Notes under the pieces: generated by a model | What the model was told of the DNA's origin: nothing | What the model saw: the letters and a program-made list of their open reading frames with translations, nothing else | Database searches by the model: none | Made by a program: the position numbers and the translations under genes | Shown: positions 22,301 through 36,200 of the stretch, in pieces | How positions within the stretch are numbered: position 1 is the stretch's first letter | Layout of the letters: every line of letters starts with the position of its first letter | From: the human T2T-CHM13v2.0 reference genome, Homo sapiens | Reading direction: 5' to 3' (one strand) | Assembly: GCF_009914755.1 (NCBI RefSeq) | Contig: NC_060946.1 | DNA: 64,000 nucleotides

Positions 22301-24999
22301 GTCAAGGCGCTCCAAATGTCCACTTCCAGATACTACAAAAAGAGTGTTTCAAACCTACTCTGTGAAAGGGAATATTCAACTCTGTGACTTGAATGCACAT
22401 ATCACAAAGAAGTTTCTGAGAATGCTTCTGTCGAGATTTTATATGAAGATATTCCCGTTTCCAACGAAATCCTGAAATCTATCCAAATATCCCCTCGCAG
22501 ATTCTACAAAAAGAGTGTTTCAAAACTGCTCTGTAAAAAGAAAGGTTCAACTCTGTTAGTTGAGTACACACATCACAAACAAGTTTCACAGAATGCTTCT
22601 TTCTAGCTTGTAGGGGAAGATATTCCCTTTATCACCATGGTCCTCAAACCGTCCGAAACGTCCACTTCCATATACTACAAAAAGAGCGTTTCAAACCTGC
22701 TCTAGGAAAGGCAATGTTCAACTCTGTGACTTGAATGCAGACATCACAGAACAGTTTCTGAGAATGCTTCTGTCTAGATTTTATAGGAAGATATTCCCGT
22801 TTCCAACGAAATCTTCACAGCTATCCAAATATCCACTTGCAGATTCTACAAAAAGAGTGTATCAAAACTGCTCTGTCAAAAGGAAGGTTCTTCTCTGTTA
22901 GGTGAGTGCATACGTCATAAAGGAGTTTCTGAGAATGTTTCTGTCTAGTGGTTATGGGAAGATATTTGCTTTTTCACCGTAGGCCTCAGAGCGCTCCAAA
23001 TATCCACTTGCACATACTACAAAAAGAGTGCCTCAAAGCTGCTCTCTGAAACGGAATGTTCAACTCTATGAGTTGAATGCAAACATCACAAAGACGTTTC
23101 TGAGAATGCTTCTGTCTAGATTTGATATGAAGATATTCCCGTTTCCAACGAAATCTTCAAATCTATCCAAATGTCCACTTGCAGATTCAACAAAAAGTGT
23201 TTTTCAGAACTGCTCTATCAAAAGAAAGATCCACCTCTGTTAGCTGAGTTCACACATCACAAACAAGTTTATGAGAATGCTTCTGTCTAGTTTTTATTTG
23301 AAGATATTTCCTTTCTCACCATAGACCTGAAAGCTGTCCTAATGTTCACTTCCAGATACTACAGAAAGAGTGTTTCAAAACTGCTGTACGAAAGGGAATG
23401 TTCAACTCTGTGACTTGAATGCACACATCACAAAGAAGTTTCTGAGGATGCTGCTGTCTACTTTTTATACGTAATCCCGTTTCCAACGAAATCCTCCAAG
23501 CTATCCAAATATCCACTTGCAGATTCCACAGAAAGACTGTTTCAAAACTGCTCTGTCAATAGAAAGGTTCAACTCTGTTAGCTGCGTGCATATATCCCAA
23601 AGAAGATTCTGAGATTGCTTCTGTCTAGTTTTTATGGGAAGATATTTCCCTTTTCACCGTAGGCGTCAAGGCGCTCCAAATGTCCACTTCCAGATACTAC
23701 AAAAAGAGTGTTTCAAACCTACTCTGTGAAAGGGAATATTCAACTCTGTGACTTGAATGCACATATCACAAAGAAGTTTCTGAGAATGCTTCTGTCGAGA
23801 TTTTATATGAAGATATTCCCGTTTCCAACGAAATCCTGAAATCTATCCAAATATCCCCTCGCAGATTCTACAAAAAGAGTGTTTCAAAACTGCTCTGTAA
23901 AAAGAAAGGTTCAACTCTGTTAGTTGAGTACACACATCACAAACAAGTTTCACAGAATGCTTCTTTCTAGCTTGTAGGGGAAGATATTCCCTTTATCACC
24001 ATGGTCCTCAAACCGTCCGAAACGTCCACTTCCATATACTACAAAAAGAGCGTTTCAAACCTGCTCTAGGAAAGGCAATGTTCAACTCTGTGACTTGAAT
24101 GCAGACATCACAGAACAGTTTCTGAGAATGCTTCTGTCTAGATTTTATAGGAAGATATTCCCGTTTCCAACGAAATCTTCACAGCTATCCAAATATCCAC
24201 TTGCAGATTCTACAAAAAGAGTGTATCAAAACTGCTCTGTCAAAAGGAAGGTTCTTCTCTGTTAGGTGAGTGCATACGTCATAAAGGAGTTTCTGAGAAT
24301 GTTTCTGTCTAGTGGTTATGGGAAGATATTTGCTTTTTCACCGTAGGCCTCAGAGCGCTCCAAATATCCACTTGCACATACTACAAAAAGAGTGCCTCAA
24401 AGCTGCTCTCTGAAACGGAATGTTCAACTCTATGAGTTGAATGCAAACATCACAAAGACGTTTCTGAGAATGCTTCTGTCTAGATTTGATATGAAGATAT
24501 TCCCGTTTCCAACGAAATCTTCAAATCTATCCAAATGTCCACTTGCAGATTCAACAAAAAGTGTTTTTCAGAACTGCTCTATCAAAAGAAAGATCCACCT
24601 CTGTTAGCTGAGTTCACACATCACAAACAAGTTTATGAGAATGCTTCTGTCTAGTTTTTATTTGAAGATATTTCCTTTCTCACCATAGACCTGAAAGCTG
24701 TCCTAATGTTCACTTCCAGATACTACAGAAAGAGTGTTTCAAAACTGCTGTACGAAAGGGAATGTTCAACTCTGTGACTTGAATGCACACATCACAAAGA
24801 AGTTTCTGAGGATGCTGCTGTCTACTTTTTATACGTAATCCCGTTTCCAACGAAATCCTCCAAGCTATCCAAATATCCACTTGCAGATTCCACAGAAAGA
24901 CTGTTTCAAAACTGCTCTGTCAATAGAAAGGTTCAACTCTGTTAGCTGCGTGCATATATCCCAAAGAAGATTCTGAGATTGCTTCTGTCTAGTTTTTAT

Positions 25000-27900
25000 G
25001 GGAAGATATTTCCCTTTTCACCGTAGGCGTCAAGGCGCTCCAAATGTCCACTTCCAGATACTACAAAAAGAGTGTTTCAAACCTACTCTGTGAAAGGGAA
25101 TATTCAACTCTGTGACTTGAATGCACATATCACAAAGAAGTTTCTGAGAATGCTTCTGTCGAGATTTTATATGAAGATATTCCCGTTTCCAACGAAATCC
25201 TGAAATCTATCCAAATATCCCCTCGCAGATTCTACAAAAAGAGTGTTTCAAAACTGTTCTGTAAAAAGAAAGGTTCAACTCTGTTAGTTGAGTACACACA
25301 TCACAAACAAGTATCACAGAATGCTTCTTTCTAGCTTGTAGGGGTAGATATTTCCTTTATCACCATGGGCCTCAAACCGTCCGAAACGTCCACTTCCATA
25401 TACTTCAAAAAGAGCGTTTCAAACCTGCTCTATGAAAGGCAATGTTCAACTCTGTGACTTGAATGCAGACATCACAGAGCTGTTTCTGAGAATGCTTCTG
25501 TCTAGATTTTATAGGATGATATTCCCGTTTCCAACGAAATCTTCACAGCTATCCAAATATCCACTTGCAGATTCTACAAAAAGAGTGTATCCAAACTGCT
25601 CTGGCAAAAGGAAGGTTCTTCTCTGTTAGGTGAGTGCATACGTCATAAAGGAGTTTCTGAGAATGTTTCTGTCTAGTGGTTATGGGAAGATATTTGCTTT
25701 TTCACCGTAGGCCTCAGAGCGCTCCAAATATCCACTTGCACATACTACAAAAAGAGTGCCTCAAAGCTGCTCTCTGAAATGGAATGTTCAACTCTATGAG
25801 TTGAATGCAAACATCACAAAGACGTTTCTGAGAATGCTTCTGTCTAGATTTGATATGAAGATATTCCCGTTTCCAACGAAATCTTCAAATCTATCCAAAT
25901 GTCCACTTGCAGATTCAACAAAAAGTGTTTTTCAGAACTGCTCTATCAAAAGAAAGATCCACCTCTGTTAGCTGAGTTCACACATCCAAACAAGTTTATG
26001 AGAATGCTTCTGTCTAGTTTTTATTTGAAGATATTTCCTTTCTCACCATACACCTGAAAGCTGTCCTAATGTTCACTTCCAGATACTACAGAAAGAGTGT
26101 TTAAAAACTGCTGTACGAAAGGGAATGTTCAACTCTGTGACTTGAATGCACACATCACAAAGAAGTTTCTGAGGATGCTGCTGTCTACTTTTTATACGTA
26201 ATCCCGTTTCCAACGAAATCCTCCAAGCTATCCAAATATCCACTTGCAGATTCCACAGAAAGACTGTTTCAAAACTGCTCTGTCAATAGAAAGGTTCAAC
26301 TCTGTTAGCTGCGTGCATATATCCCAAAGAAGATTCTGAGATTGCTTCTGTCTAGTTTTTATGGGAAGATATTTCCCTTTTCACCGTAGGTGTCAAGGCG
26401 CTCCAAATGTCCACTTCCAGATACTACAAAAAGAGTGTTTCAAACCTACTCTGTGAAAAGGAATATTCAACTCTGTGACTTTAATGCACATATCACAAAG
26501 AAGTTTCTGAGAATGCTTCTGTCGAGATTTTATATGAAGATATTCCCGTTTCCAACGAAATCCTGAAATCTATCCAAATATCCCCTCGCAGATTCTACAA
26601 AAAGAGTGTTTCAAAACTGCTCTGTAAAAAGAAAGGTTCAACTCTGTTAGTTGAGTACACACATCACAAACAAGTTTCACAGAATGCTTCTTTCTAGCTT
26701 GTAGGGGAAGATATTCCCTTTATCACCATGGGCCTCCAACCGTCCGAAACATCCACTTCCATATACTACAAAAAGAGCGTTTCAAACCTGCTCTATGAAA
26801 GGCAATGTTCAACTCTGTGACTTGAATGCAGACATCACAGAGCAGTTTCTGAGAATGCTTCTGTCTAGATTTTATAGGAAGATATTCCCGTTTCCAACGA
26901 AATCTTCACAGCTATCCAAATATCCACTTGCAGATTCTACAAAAAGAGTGTATCAAAACTGCTCTGTCAAAAGGAAGGTTCTTCTCTGTTAGGTGAGTGC
27001 ATACGTCATAAAGGAGTTTCTGAGAATGTTTCTGTCTAGTGGTTATGGGAAGATATTTGCTTTTTCACCGTAGGCCTCAGAGCGCTCCAAATATCCACTT
27101 GCACATACTACAAAAAGAGTGCCTCAAAGCTGCTCTCTGAAACGGAATGTTCAACTCTATGAGTTGAATGCAAACATCACAAAGACGTTTCTGAGAATGC
27201 TTCTGTCTAGATTTGATATGAAGATATTCCCGTTTCCAACGAAATCTTCAAATCTATCCAAATGTCCACTTGCAGATTCAACAAAAAGTGTTTTTCAGAA
27301 CTGCTCTATCAAAAGAAAGATCCACCTCTGTTAGCTGAGTTCACACATCACAAACAAGTTTATGAGAATGCTTCTGTCTAGTTTTTATTTGAAGATATTT
27401 CCTTTCTCACCATAGACCTGAAAGCTGTCCTAATGTTCACTTCCAGATACTACAGAAAGAGTGTTTCAAAACTGCTGTACGAAAGGGAATGTTCAACTCT
27501 GTGACTTGAATGCACACATCACAAAGAAGTTTCTGAGGATGCTGCTGTCTACTTTTTATACGTAATCCCGTTTCCAACGAAATCCTCCAAGCTATCCAAA
27601 TATCCACTTGCAGATTCCACAGAAAGACTGTTTCAAAACTGCTCTGTCAATAGAAAGGTTCAACTCGGTTAGCTGCGTGCATATATCCCAAAGAAGATTC
27701 TGAGATTCCTTCTGTCTAGTTTTTATGGGAAGATATTTCCCTTTTCACCGTAGGCGTCAAGGCGCTCCAAATGTCCACTTCCAGATACTACAAAAAGAGT
27801 GTTTCAAACCTACTCTGTGAAAGGGAATATTCAACTCTGTGACTTGAATGCACATATCACAAAGAAGTTTCTGAGAATGCTTCTGTCGAGATTTTATATG

Positions 27901-30900
27901 AAGATATTCCCGTTTCCAACAAAATCCTGAAATCTATCCAAATATCCCCTCGCAGATTCTACAAAAAGAGTGTTTCAAAACTGCTCTGTAAAAAGAAAGG
28001 TTCAACTCTGTTAGTTGAGTACACACATGACAAACAAGTTTCACAGAATGCTTCTTTCTAGCTTGTAGGGGAAGATATTCCCTTTATCACCATGGTCCTC
28101 AAACCGTCCGAAACGTCCACTTCCATATACTACAAAAAGAGCGTTTCAAACCTGCTCTAGGAAAGGCAATGTTCAACTCTGTGACTTGAATGCAGACATC
28201 ACAGAGCAGTTTCTGAGAATGCTTCTGTCTAGATTTTATAGGAAGATATTCCCGTTTCCAACGAAATCTTCACAGCTATCCAAATATCCACTTGCAGATT
28301 CTACAAAAAGAGTGTATCAAAACTGCTCTGTCAAAAGGAAGGTTCTTCTCTGTTAGGTGAGTGCATACGTCATAAAGGAGTTTCTGAGAATGTTTCTGTC
28401 TAGTGGTTATGGGAAGATATTTGCTTTTTCACCGTAGGCCTCAGAGCGCTCCAAATATCCACTTGCACATACTACAAAAAGAGTGCCTCAAAGCTGCTCT
28501 CTGAAACGGAATGTTCAACTCTATGAGTTGAATGCAAACATCACAAAGACGTTCCTGAGAATGCTTCTGTTTAGATTTGATATGAAGATATTCCCGTTTC
28601 CAACGAAATCTTCAAATCTATCCAAATGTCCACTTGCAGATTCAACAAAAAGTGTTTTTCAGAACTGCTGTATCAAAAGAAAGATCCACGTCTGTTAGCT
28701 GAGTTCACACATCACAAACAAGTTTATGAGAATGCTTCTGTCTAGTTTTTATTTGAAGATATTTCCTTTCTCACCATAGACCTGAAAGCTGTCCTAATGT
28801 TCACTTCCAGATACTACAGAAAGAGTGTTTCAAAAGTGCTGTACGAAAGGGAATTTTCAACTCTGTGACTTGAATGCACACATCACAAAGAAGTTTCTGA
28901 GGATGCTGCTGTCTACTTTTTATACGTAATCCCGTTTCCAACGAAATCCTCCAAGCTATCCAAATATCCACTTGCAGATTCCACAGAAAGACTGTTTCAA
29001 AACTGCTCTGTCAATAGAAAGGTTCAACTCTGTTAGCTGCGTGCATATATCCCAAAGAAGATTCTGAGATTGCTTCTGTCTAGTTTTTATGGGAAGATAT
29101 TTCCCTTTTCACCGTAGGCGTCAAGGCGCTCCAAATGACCACTTCCAGATACTACAAAAAGAGTGTTTCAAACCTACTCTGTGAAAGGGAATATTCAACT
29201 CTGTGACTTGAATGCACATATCACAAAGAAGTTTCTGAGAATGCTTCTGTCGAGATTTTATATGAAGATATTCCCGTTTCCAACGAAATCCTGAAATCTA
29301 TCCAAATATCCCCTCGCAGATTCTACAAAAAGAGTGTTTCAAAACTGTTCTGTAAAAAGAAAGGTTCAACTCTGTTAGTTGAGTACACACATCACAAACA
29401 AGTATCACAGAATGCTTCTTTCTAGCTTGTAGGGGTAGATATTTCCTTTATCACCATGGGCCTCAAACCGTCCGAAACGTCCACTTCCATATACTTCAAA
29501 AAGAGCGTTTCAAACCTGCTCTATGAAAGGCAATGTTCAACTCTGTGACTTGAATGCAGACATCACAGAGCTGTTTCTGAGAATGCTTCTGTCTAGATTT
29601 TATAGGATGATATTCCCGTTTCCAACGAAATCTTCACAGCTATCCAAATATCCACTTGCAGATTCTACAAAAAGAGTGTATCCAAACTGCTCTGGCAAAA
29701 GGAAGGTTCTTCTCTGTTAGGTGAGTGCATACGTCATAAAGGAGTTTCTGAGAATGTTTCTGTCTAGTGGTTATGGGAAGATATTTGCTTTTTCACCGTA
29801 GGCCTCAGAGCGCTCCAAATATCCACTTGCACATACTACAAAAAGAGTGCCTCAAAGCTGCTCTCTGAAATGGAATGTTCAACTCTATGAGTTGAATGCA
29901 AACATCACAAAGACGTTTCTGAGAATGCTTCTGTCTAGATTTGATATGAAGATATTCCCGTTTCCAACGAAATCTTCAAATCTATCCAAATGTCCACTTG
30001 CAGATTCAACAAAAAGTGTTTTTCAGAACTGCTCTATCAAAAGAAAGATCCACCTCTGTTAGCTGAGTTCACACATCCAAACAAGTTTATGAGAATGCTT
30101 CTGTCTAGTTTTTATTTGAAGATATTTCCTTTCTCACCATAGACCTGAAAGCTGTCCTAATGTTCACTTCCAGATACTACAGAAAGAGTGTTTCAAAACT
30201 GCTGTACGAAAGGGAATGTTCAACTCTGTGACTTGAATGCACACATCACAAAGAAGTTTCTGAGGATGCTGCTGTCTACTTTTTATACGTAATCCCGTTT
30301 CCAACGAAATCCTCCAAGCTATCCAAATATCCACTTGCAGATTCCACAGAAAGACTGTTTCAAAACTGCTCTGTCAATAGAAAGGTTCAACTCTGTTAGC
30401 TGCGTGCATATATCCCAAAGAAGATTCTGAGATTGCTTCTGTCTAGTTTTTATGGGAAGATATTTCCCTTTTCACCGTAGGTGTCAAGGCGCTCCAAATG
30501 TCCACTTCCAGATACTACAAAAAGAGTGTTTCAAACCTACTCTGTGAAAAGGAATATTCAACTCTGTGACTTGAATGCACATATCACAAAGAAGTTTCTG
30601 AGAATGCTTCTGTCGAGATTTTATATGAAGATATTCCCGTTTCCAACGAAATCCTGAAATCTATCCAAATATCCCCTCGCAGATTCTACAAAAAGAGTGT
30701 TTCAAAACTGCTCTGTAAAAAGAAAGGTTCAACTCTGTTAGTTGAGTACACACATCACAAACAAGTTTCACAGAATGCTTCTTTCTAGCTTGTAGGGGAA
30801 GATATTCCCTTTATCACCATGGGCCTCCAACCGTCCGAAACATCCACTTCCATATACTACAAAAAGAGCGTTTCAAACCTGCTCTAGGAAAGGCAATGTT

Positions 30901-33200
30901 CAACTCTGTGACTTGAATGCAGACATCACAGAGCAGTTTCTGAGAATGCTTCTGTCTAGATTTTATAGGAAGATATTCCCGTTTCCAACGAAATCTTCAC
31001 AGCTATCCAAATATCCACTTGCAGATTCTACAAAAAGAGTGTATCAAAACTGCTCTGTCAAAAGGAAGGTTCTTCTCTGTTAGGTGAGTGCATACGTCAT
31101 AAAGGAGTTTCTGAGAATGTTTCTGTCTAGTGGTTATGGGAAGATATTTGCTTTTTCACCGTAGGCCTCAGAGCGCTCCAAATATCCACTTGCACATACT
31201 ACAAAAAGAGTGCCTCAAAGCTGCTCTCTGAAACGGAATGTTCAACTCTATGAGTTGAATGCAAACATCACAAAGACGTTTCTGAGAATGCTTCTGTCTA
31301 GATTTGATATGAAGATATTCCCGTTTCCAACGAAATCTTCAAATCTATCCAAATGTCCACTTGCAGATTCAACAAAAAGTGTTTTTCAGAACTGCTCTAT
31401 CAAAAGAAAGATCCACCTCTGTTAGCTGAGTTCACACATCACAAACAAGTTTATGAGAATGCTTCTGTCTAGTTTTTATTTGAAGATATTTCCTTTCTCA
31501 CCATAGACCTGAAAGCTGTCCTAATGTCCACTTCCAGATACTACAGAAAGAGTGTTTCAAAACTGCTGTACGAAAGGGAATGTTCAACTCTGTGACTTGA
31601 ATGCACACATCACAAAGAAGTTTCTGAGGATGCTGCTGTCTACTTTTTATACGTAATCCCGTTTCCAACGAAATCCTCCAAGCTATCCAAATATCCACTT
31701 GCAGATTCCACAGAAAGACTGTTTCAAAACTGCTCTGTCAATAGAAAGGTTCAACTCTGTTAGCTGCGTGCATATATCCCAAAGAGGATTCTGAGATTCC
31801 TTCTGTCTAGTTTTTATGGGAAGATATTTCCCTTTTCACCGTAGGCGTCAAGGCGCTCCAAATGTCCACTTCCAGATACTACAAAAAGAGTGTTTCAAAC
31901 CTACTCTGTGAAAGGGAATATTCAACTCTGTGACTTGAATGCACATATCACAAAGAAGTTTCTGAGAATGCTTCTGTCGAGATTTTATATGAAGATATTC
32001 CCGTTTCCAACGAAATCCTGAAATCTATCCAAATATCCCCTCGCAGATTCTACAAAAAGAGTGTTTCAAAACTGCTCTGTAAAAAGAAAGGTTCAACTCT
32101 GTTAGTTGAGTACACACATGACAAACAAGTTTCACAGAATGCTTCTTTCTAGCTTGTAGGGGAAGATATTCCCTTTATCACCATGGTCCTCAAACCGTCC
32201 GAAACGTCCACTTCCATATACTACAAAAAGAGCGTTTCAAACCTGCTCTAGGAAAGGCAATGTTCAACTCTGTGACTTGAATGCAGACATCACAGAGCAG
32301 TTTCTGAGAATGCTTCTGTCTAGATTTTATAGGAAGATATTCCCGTTTCCAACGAAATCTTCACAGCTATCCAAATATCCACTTGCAGATTCTACAAAAA
32401 GAGTGTATCAAAACTGCTCTGTCAAAAGGAAGGTTCTTCTCTGTTAGGTGAGTGCATACGTCATAAAGGAGTTTCTGAGAATGTTTCTGTCTAGTGGTTA
32501 TGGGAAGATATTTGCTTTTTCACCGTAGGCCTCAGAGCGCTCCAAATATCCACTTGCACATACTACAAAAAGAGTGCCTCAAAGCTGCTCTCTGAAACGG
32601 AATGTTCAACTCTATGAGTTGAATGCAAACATCACAAAGACGTTTCTGAGAATGCTTCTGTCTAGATTTGATATGAAGATATTCCCGTTTCCAACGAAAT
32701 CTTCAAATCTATCCAAATGTCCACTTGCAGATTCAACAAAAAGTGTTTTTCAGAACTGCTGTATCAAAAGAAAGATCCACGTCTGTTAGCTGAGTTCACA
32801 CATGACAAACAAGTTTATGAGAATGCTTCTGTCTAGTTTTTATTTGAAGATATTTCCTTTCTCACCATAGACCTGAAAGCTGTCCTAATGTTCACTTCCA
32901 GATACTACAGAAAGAGTGTTTCAAAAGTGCTGTACGAAAGGGAATTTTCAACTCTGTGACTTGAATGCACACATCACAAAGAAGTTTCTGAGGATGCTGC
33001 TGTCTACTTTTTATACGTAATCCCGTTTCCAACGAAATCCTCCAAGCTATCCAAATATCCACTTGCAGATTCCACAGAAAGACTGTTTCAAAACTGCTCT
33101 GTCAATAGAAAGGTTCAACTCTGTTAGCTGCGTGCATATATCCCAAAGAAGATTCTGAGATTGCTTCTGTCTAGTTTTTATGGGAAGATATTTCCCTTTT
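25000..33200. repeat. Tandem super-repeat: 3-HOR block duplicated (period 4,091 bp)
   Basis: Shared variants at 25345/29436, 27708/31799, 28029/32120 and 28836/32927; ORF variants at 25756/29847 and 28483/32574. Boundaries are approximate. Confidence 0.88.
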
Positions 33201-36200
33201 CACCGTAGGCGTCAAGGCGCTCCAAATGTCCACTTCCAGATACTACAAAAAGAGTGTTTCAAACCTACTCTGTGAAAGGGAATATTCAACTCTGTGACTT
33301 GAATGCACATATCACAAAGAAGTCTCTGAGAATGCTTCTGTCGAGATTTTATATGAAGATATTCCCGTTTCCAACGAAATCCTGAAATCTATCCAAATAT
33401 CCCCTCGCAGATTCTACAAAAAGAGTGTTTCAAAACTGCTCTGTAAAAAGAAAGGTTCAACTCTGTTAGTTGAGTACACACATCACAAACAAGTTTCACA
33501 GAATGCTTCTTTCTAGCTTGTAGGGGAAGATATTCCCTTTATCACCATGGTCCTCAAACCGTCCGAAACGTCCACTTCCATATACTACAAAAAGAGCGTT
33601 TCAAACCTGCTCTAGGAAAGGCAATGTTCAACTCTGTGACTTGAATGCAGACATCACAGAACAGTTTCTGAGAATGCTTCTGTCTAGATTTTATAGGAAG
33701 ATATTCCCGTTTCCAACGAAATCTTCACAGCTATCCAAATATCCACTTGCAGATTCTACAAAAAGAGTGTATCAAAACTGCTCTGTCAAAAGGAAGGTTC
33801 TTCTCTGTTAGGTGAGTGCATACGTCATAAAGGAGTTTCTGAGAATGTTTCTGTCTAGTGGTTATGGGAAGATATTTGCTTTTTCACCGTAGGCCTCAGA
33901 GCGCTCCAAATATCCACTTGCACATACTACAAAAAGAGTGCCTCAAAGCTGCTCTCTGAAACGGAATGTTCAACTCTATGAGTTGAATGCAAACATCACA
34001 AAGACGTTTCTGAGAATGCTTCTGTCTAGATTTGATATGAAGATATTCCCGTTTCCAACGAAATCTTCAAATCTATCCAAATGTCCACTTGCAGATTCAA
34101 CAAAAAGTGTTTTTCAGAACTGCTCTATCAAAAGAAAGATCCACCTCTGTTAGCTGAGTTCACACATCACAAACAAGTTTATGAGAATGCTTCTGTCTAG
34201 TTTTTATTTGAAGATATTTCCTTTCTCACCATAGACCTGAAAGCTGTCCTAATGTTCACTTCCAGATACTACAGAAAGAGTGTTTCAAAACTGCTGTACG
34301 AAAGGGAATGTTCAACTCTGTGACTTGAATGCACACATCACAAAGAAGTTTCTGAGGATGCTGCTGTCTACTTTTTATACGTAATCCCGTTTCCAACGAA
34401 ATCCTCCAAGCTATCCAAATATCCACTTGCAGATTCCACAGAAAGACTGTTTCAAAACTGCTCTGTCAATAGAAAGGTTCAACTCTGTTAGCTGCGTGCA
34501 TATATCCCAAAGAAGATTCTGAGATTGCTTCTGTCTAGTTTTTATGGGAAGATATTTCCCTTTTCACCGTAGGCGTCAAGGCGCTCCAAATGTCCACTTC
34601 CAGATACTACAAAAAGAGTGTTTCAAACCTACTCTGTGAAAGGGAATATTCAACTCTGTGACTTGAATGCACATATCACAAAGAAGTTTCTGAGAATGCT
34701 TCTGTCGAGATTTTATATGAAGATGTTCCCGTTTCCAACGAAATCCTGAAATCTATCCAAATATCACCTCGCAGATTCTACAAAAAGAGTGTTTCAAAAC
34801 TGCTCTGTAAAAAGAAAGTTTCAACTCTGTTACTTGAGTAAACACATCACAAACAAGTTTCACAGAATGCTTCTTTCTAGCTTGTAGGGGAAGATATTCC
34901 CTTTATCACCATGGTCCTCAAACCGTCCGAAACGTCCACTTCCATATACTACAAAAAGAGCGTTTCAAACCTGCTCTATGAAAGGCAATGTTCAACTCTG
35001 TGACTTGAATGCAGACATCACAGAGCAGTTTCTGAGAATGCTTCTGTCTAGATTTTATAGGAAGATATTCCCGTTTCCAACGAAATCTTCACAGCTATCC
35101 AAATATCCACTTGCAGATTCTACAAAAAGAGTGTATCAAAACTGCTCTGTCAAAAGGAAGGTTCTTCTCTGTTAGGTGAGTGCATACGTCATAAAGGAGT
35201 TTCTGAGAATGTTTCTGTCTAGTGGTTATGGGAAGATATTTGCTTTTTCACCGTAGGCCTCAGAGCGCTCCAAATATCCACTTGCACATACTACAAAAAG
35301 AGTGCCTCAAAGCTGCTCTCTGAAACGGAATGTTCAACTCTATGAGTTGAATGCAAACATCACAAAGACGTTTCTGAGAATGCTTCTGTCTAGATTTGAT
35401 ATGAAGATATTCCCGTTTCCAACGAAATCTTCAAATCTATCCAAATGTCCACTTGCAGATTCAACAAAAAGTGTTTTTCAGAACTGCTCTATCAAAAGAA
35501 AGATCCACCTCTGTTAGCTGAGTTCACACATCACAAACAAGTTTATGAGAATGCTTCTGTCTAGTTTTTATTTGAAGATATTTCCTTTCTCACCATAGAC
35601 CTGAAAGCTGTCCTAATGTTCACTTCCAGATACTACAGAAAGAGTGTTTCAAAACTGCTGTACGAAAGGGAATGTTCAACTCTGTGACTTGAATGCACAC
35701 ATCACAAAGAAGTTTCTGAGGATGCTGCTGTCTACTTTTTATACGTAATCCCGTTTCCAACGAAATCCTCCAAGCTATCCAAATATCCACTTGCAGATTC
35801 CACAGAAAGACTGTTTCAAAACTGCTCTGTCAATAGAAAGGTTCAACTCTGTTAGCTGCGTGCATATATCCCAAAGAAGATTCTGAGATTGCTTCTGTCT
35901 AGTTTTTATGGGAAGATATTTCCCTTTTCACCGTAGGCGTCAAGGCGCTCCAAATGTCCACTTCCAGATACTACAAAAAGAGTGTTTCAAACCTACTCTG
36001 TGAAAGCGAATATTCAACTCTGTGACTTGAATGCACATATCACAAAGAAGTTTCTGAGAATGCTTCTGTCGAGATTTTATATGAAGATATTCCCGTTTCC
36101 AACGAAATCCTGAAATCTATCCAAATATCCCCTCGCAGATTCTACAAAAAGAGTGTTTCAAAACTGCTCTGTAAAAAGAAAGGTTCAACTCTGTTAGTTG

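Noticed and set aside
31498-31698. Unique minus-strand 66-aa ORF
   Set aside because: It is created by a single T>C at 31528 that removes a TGA stop present in the other HOR copies.
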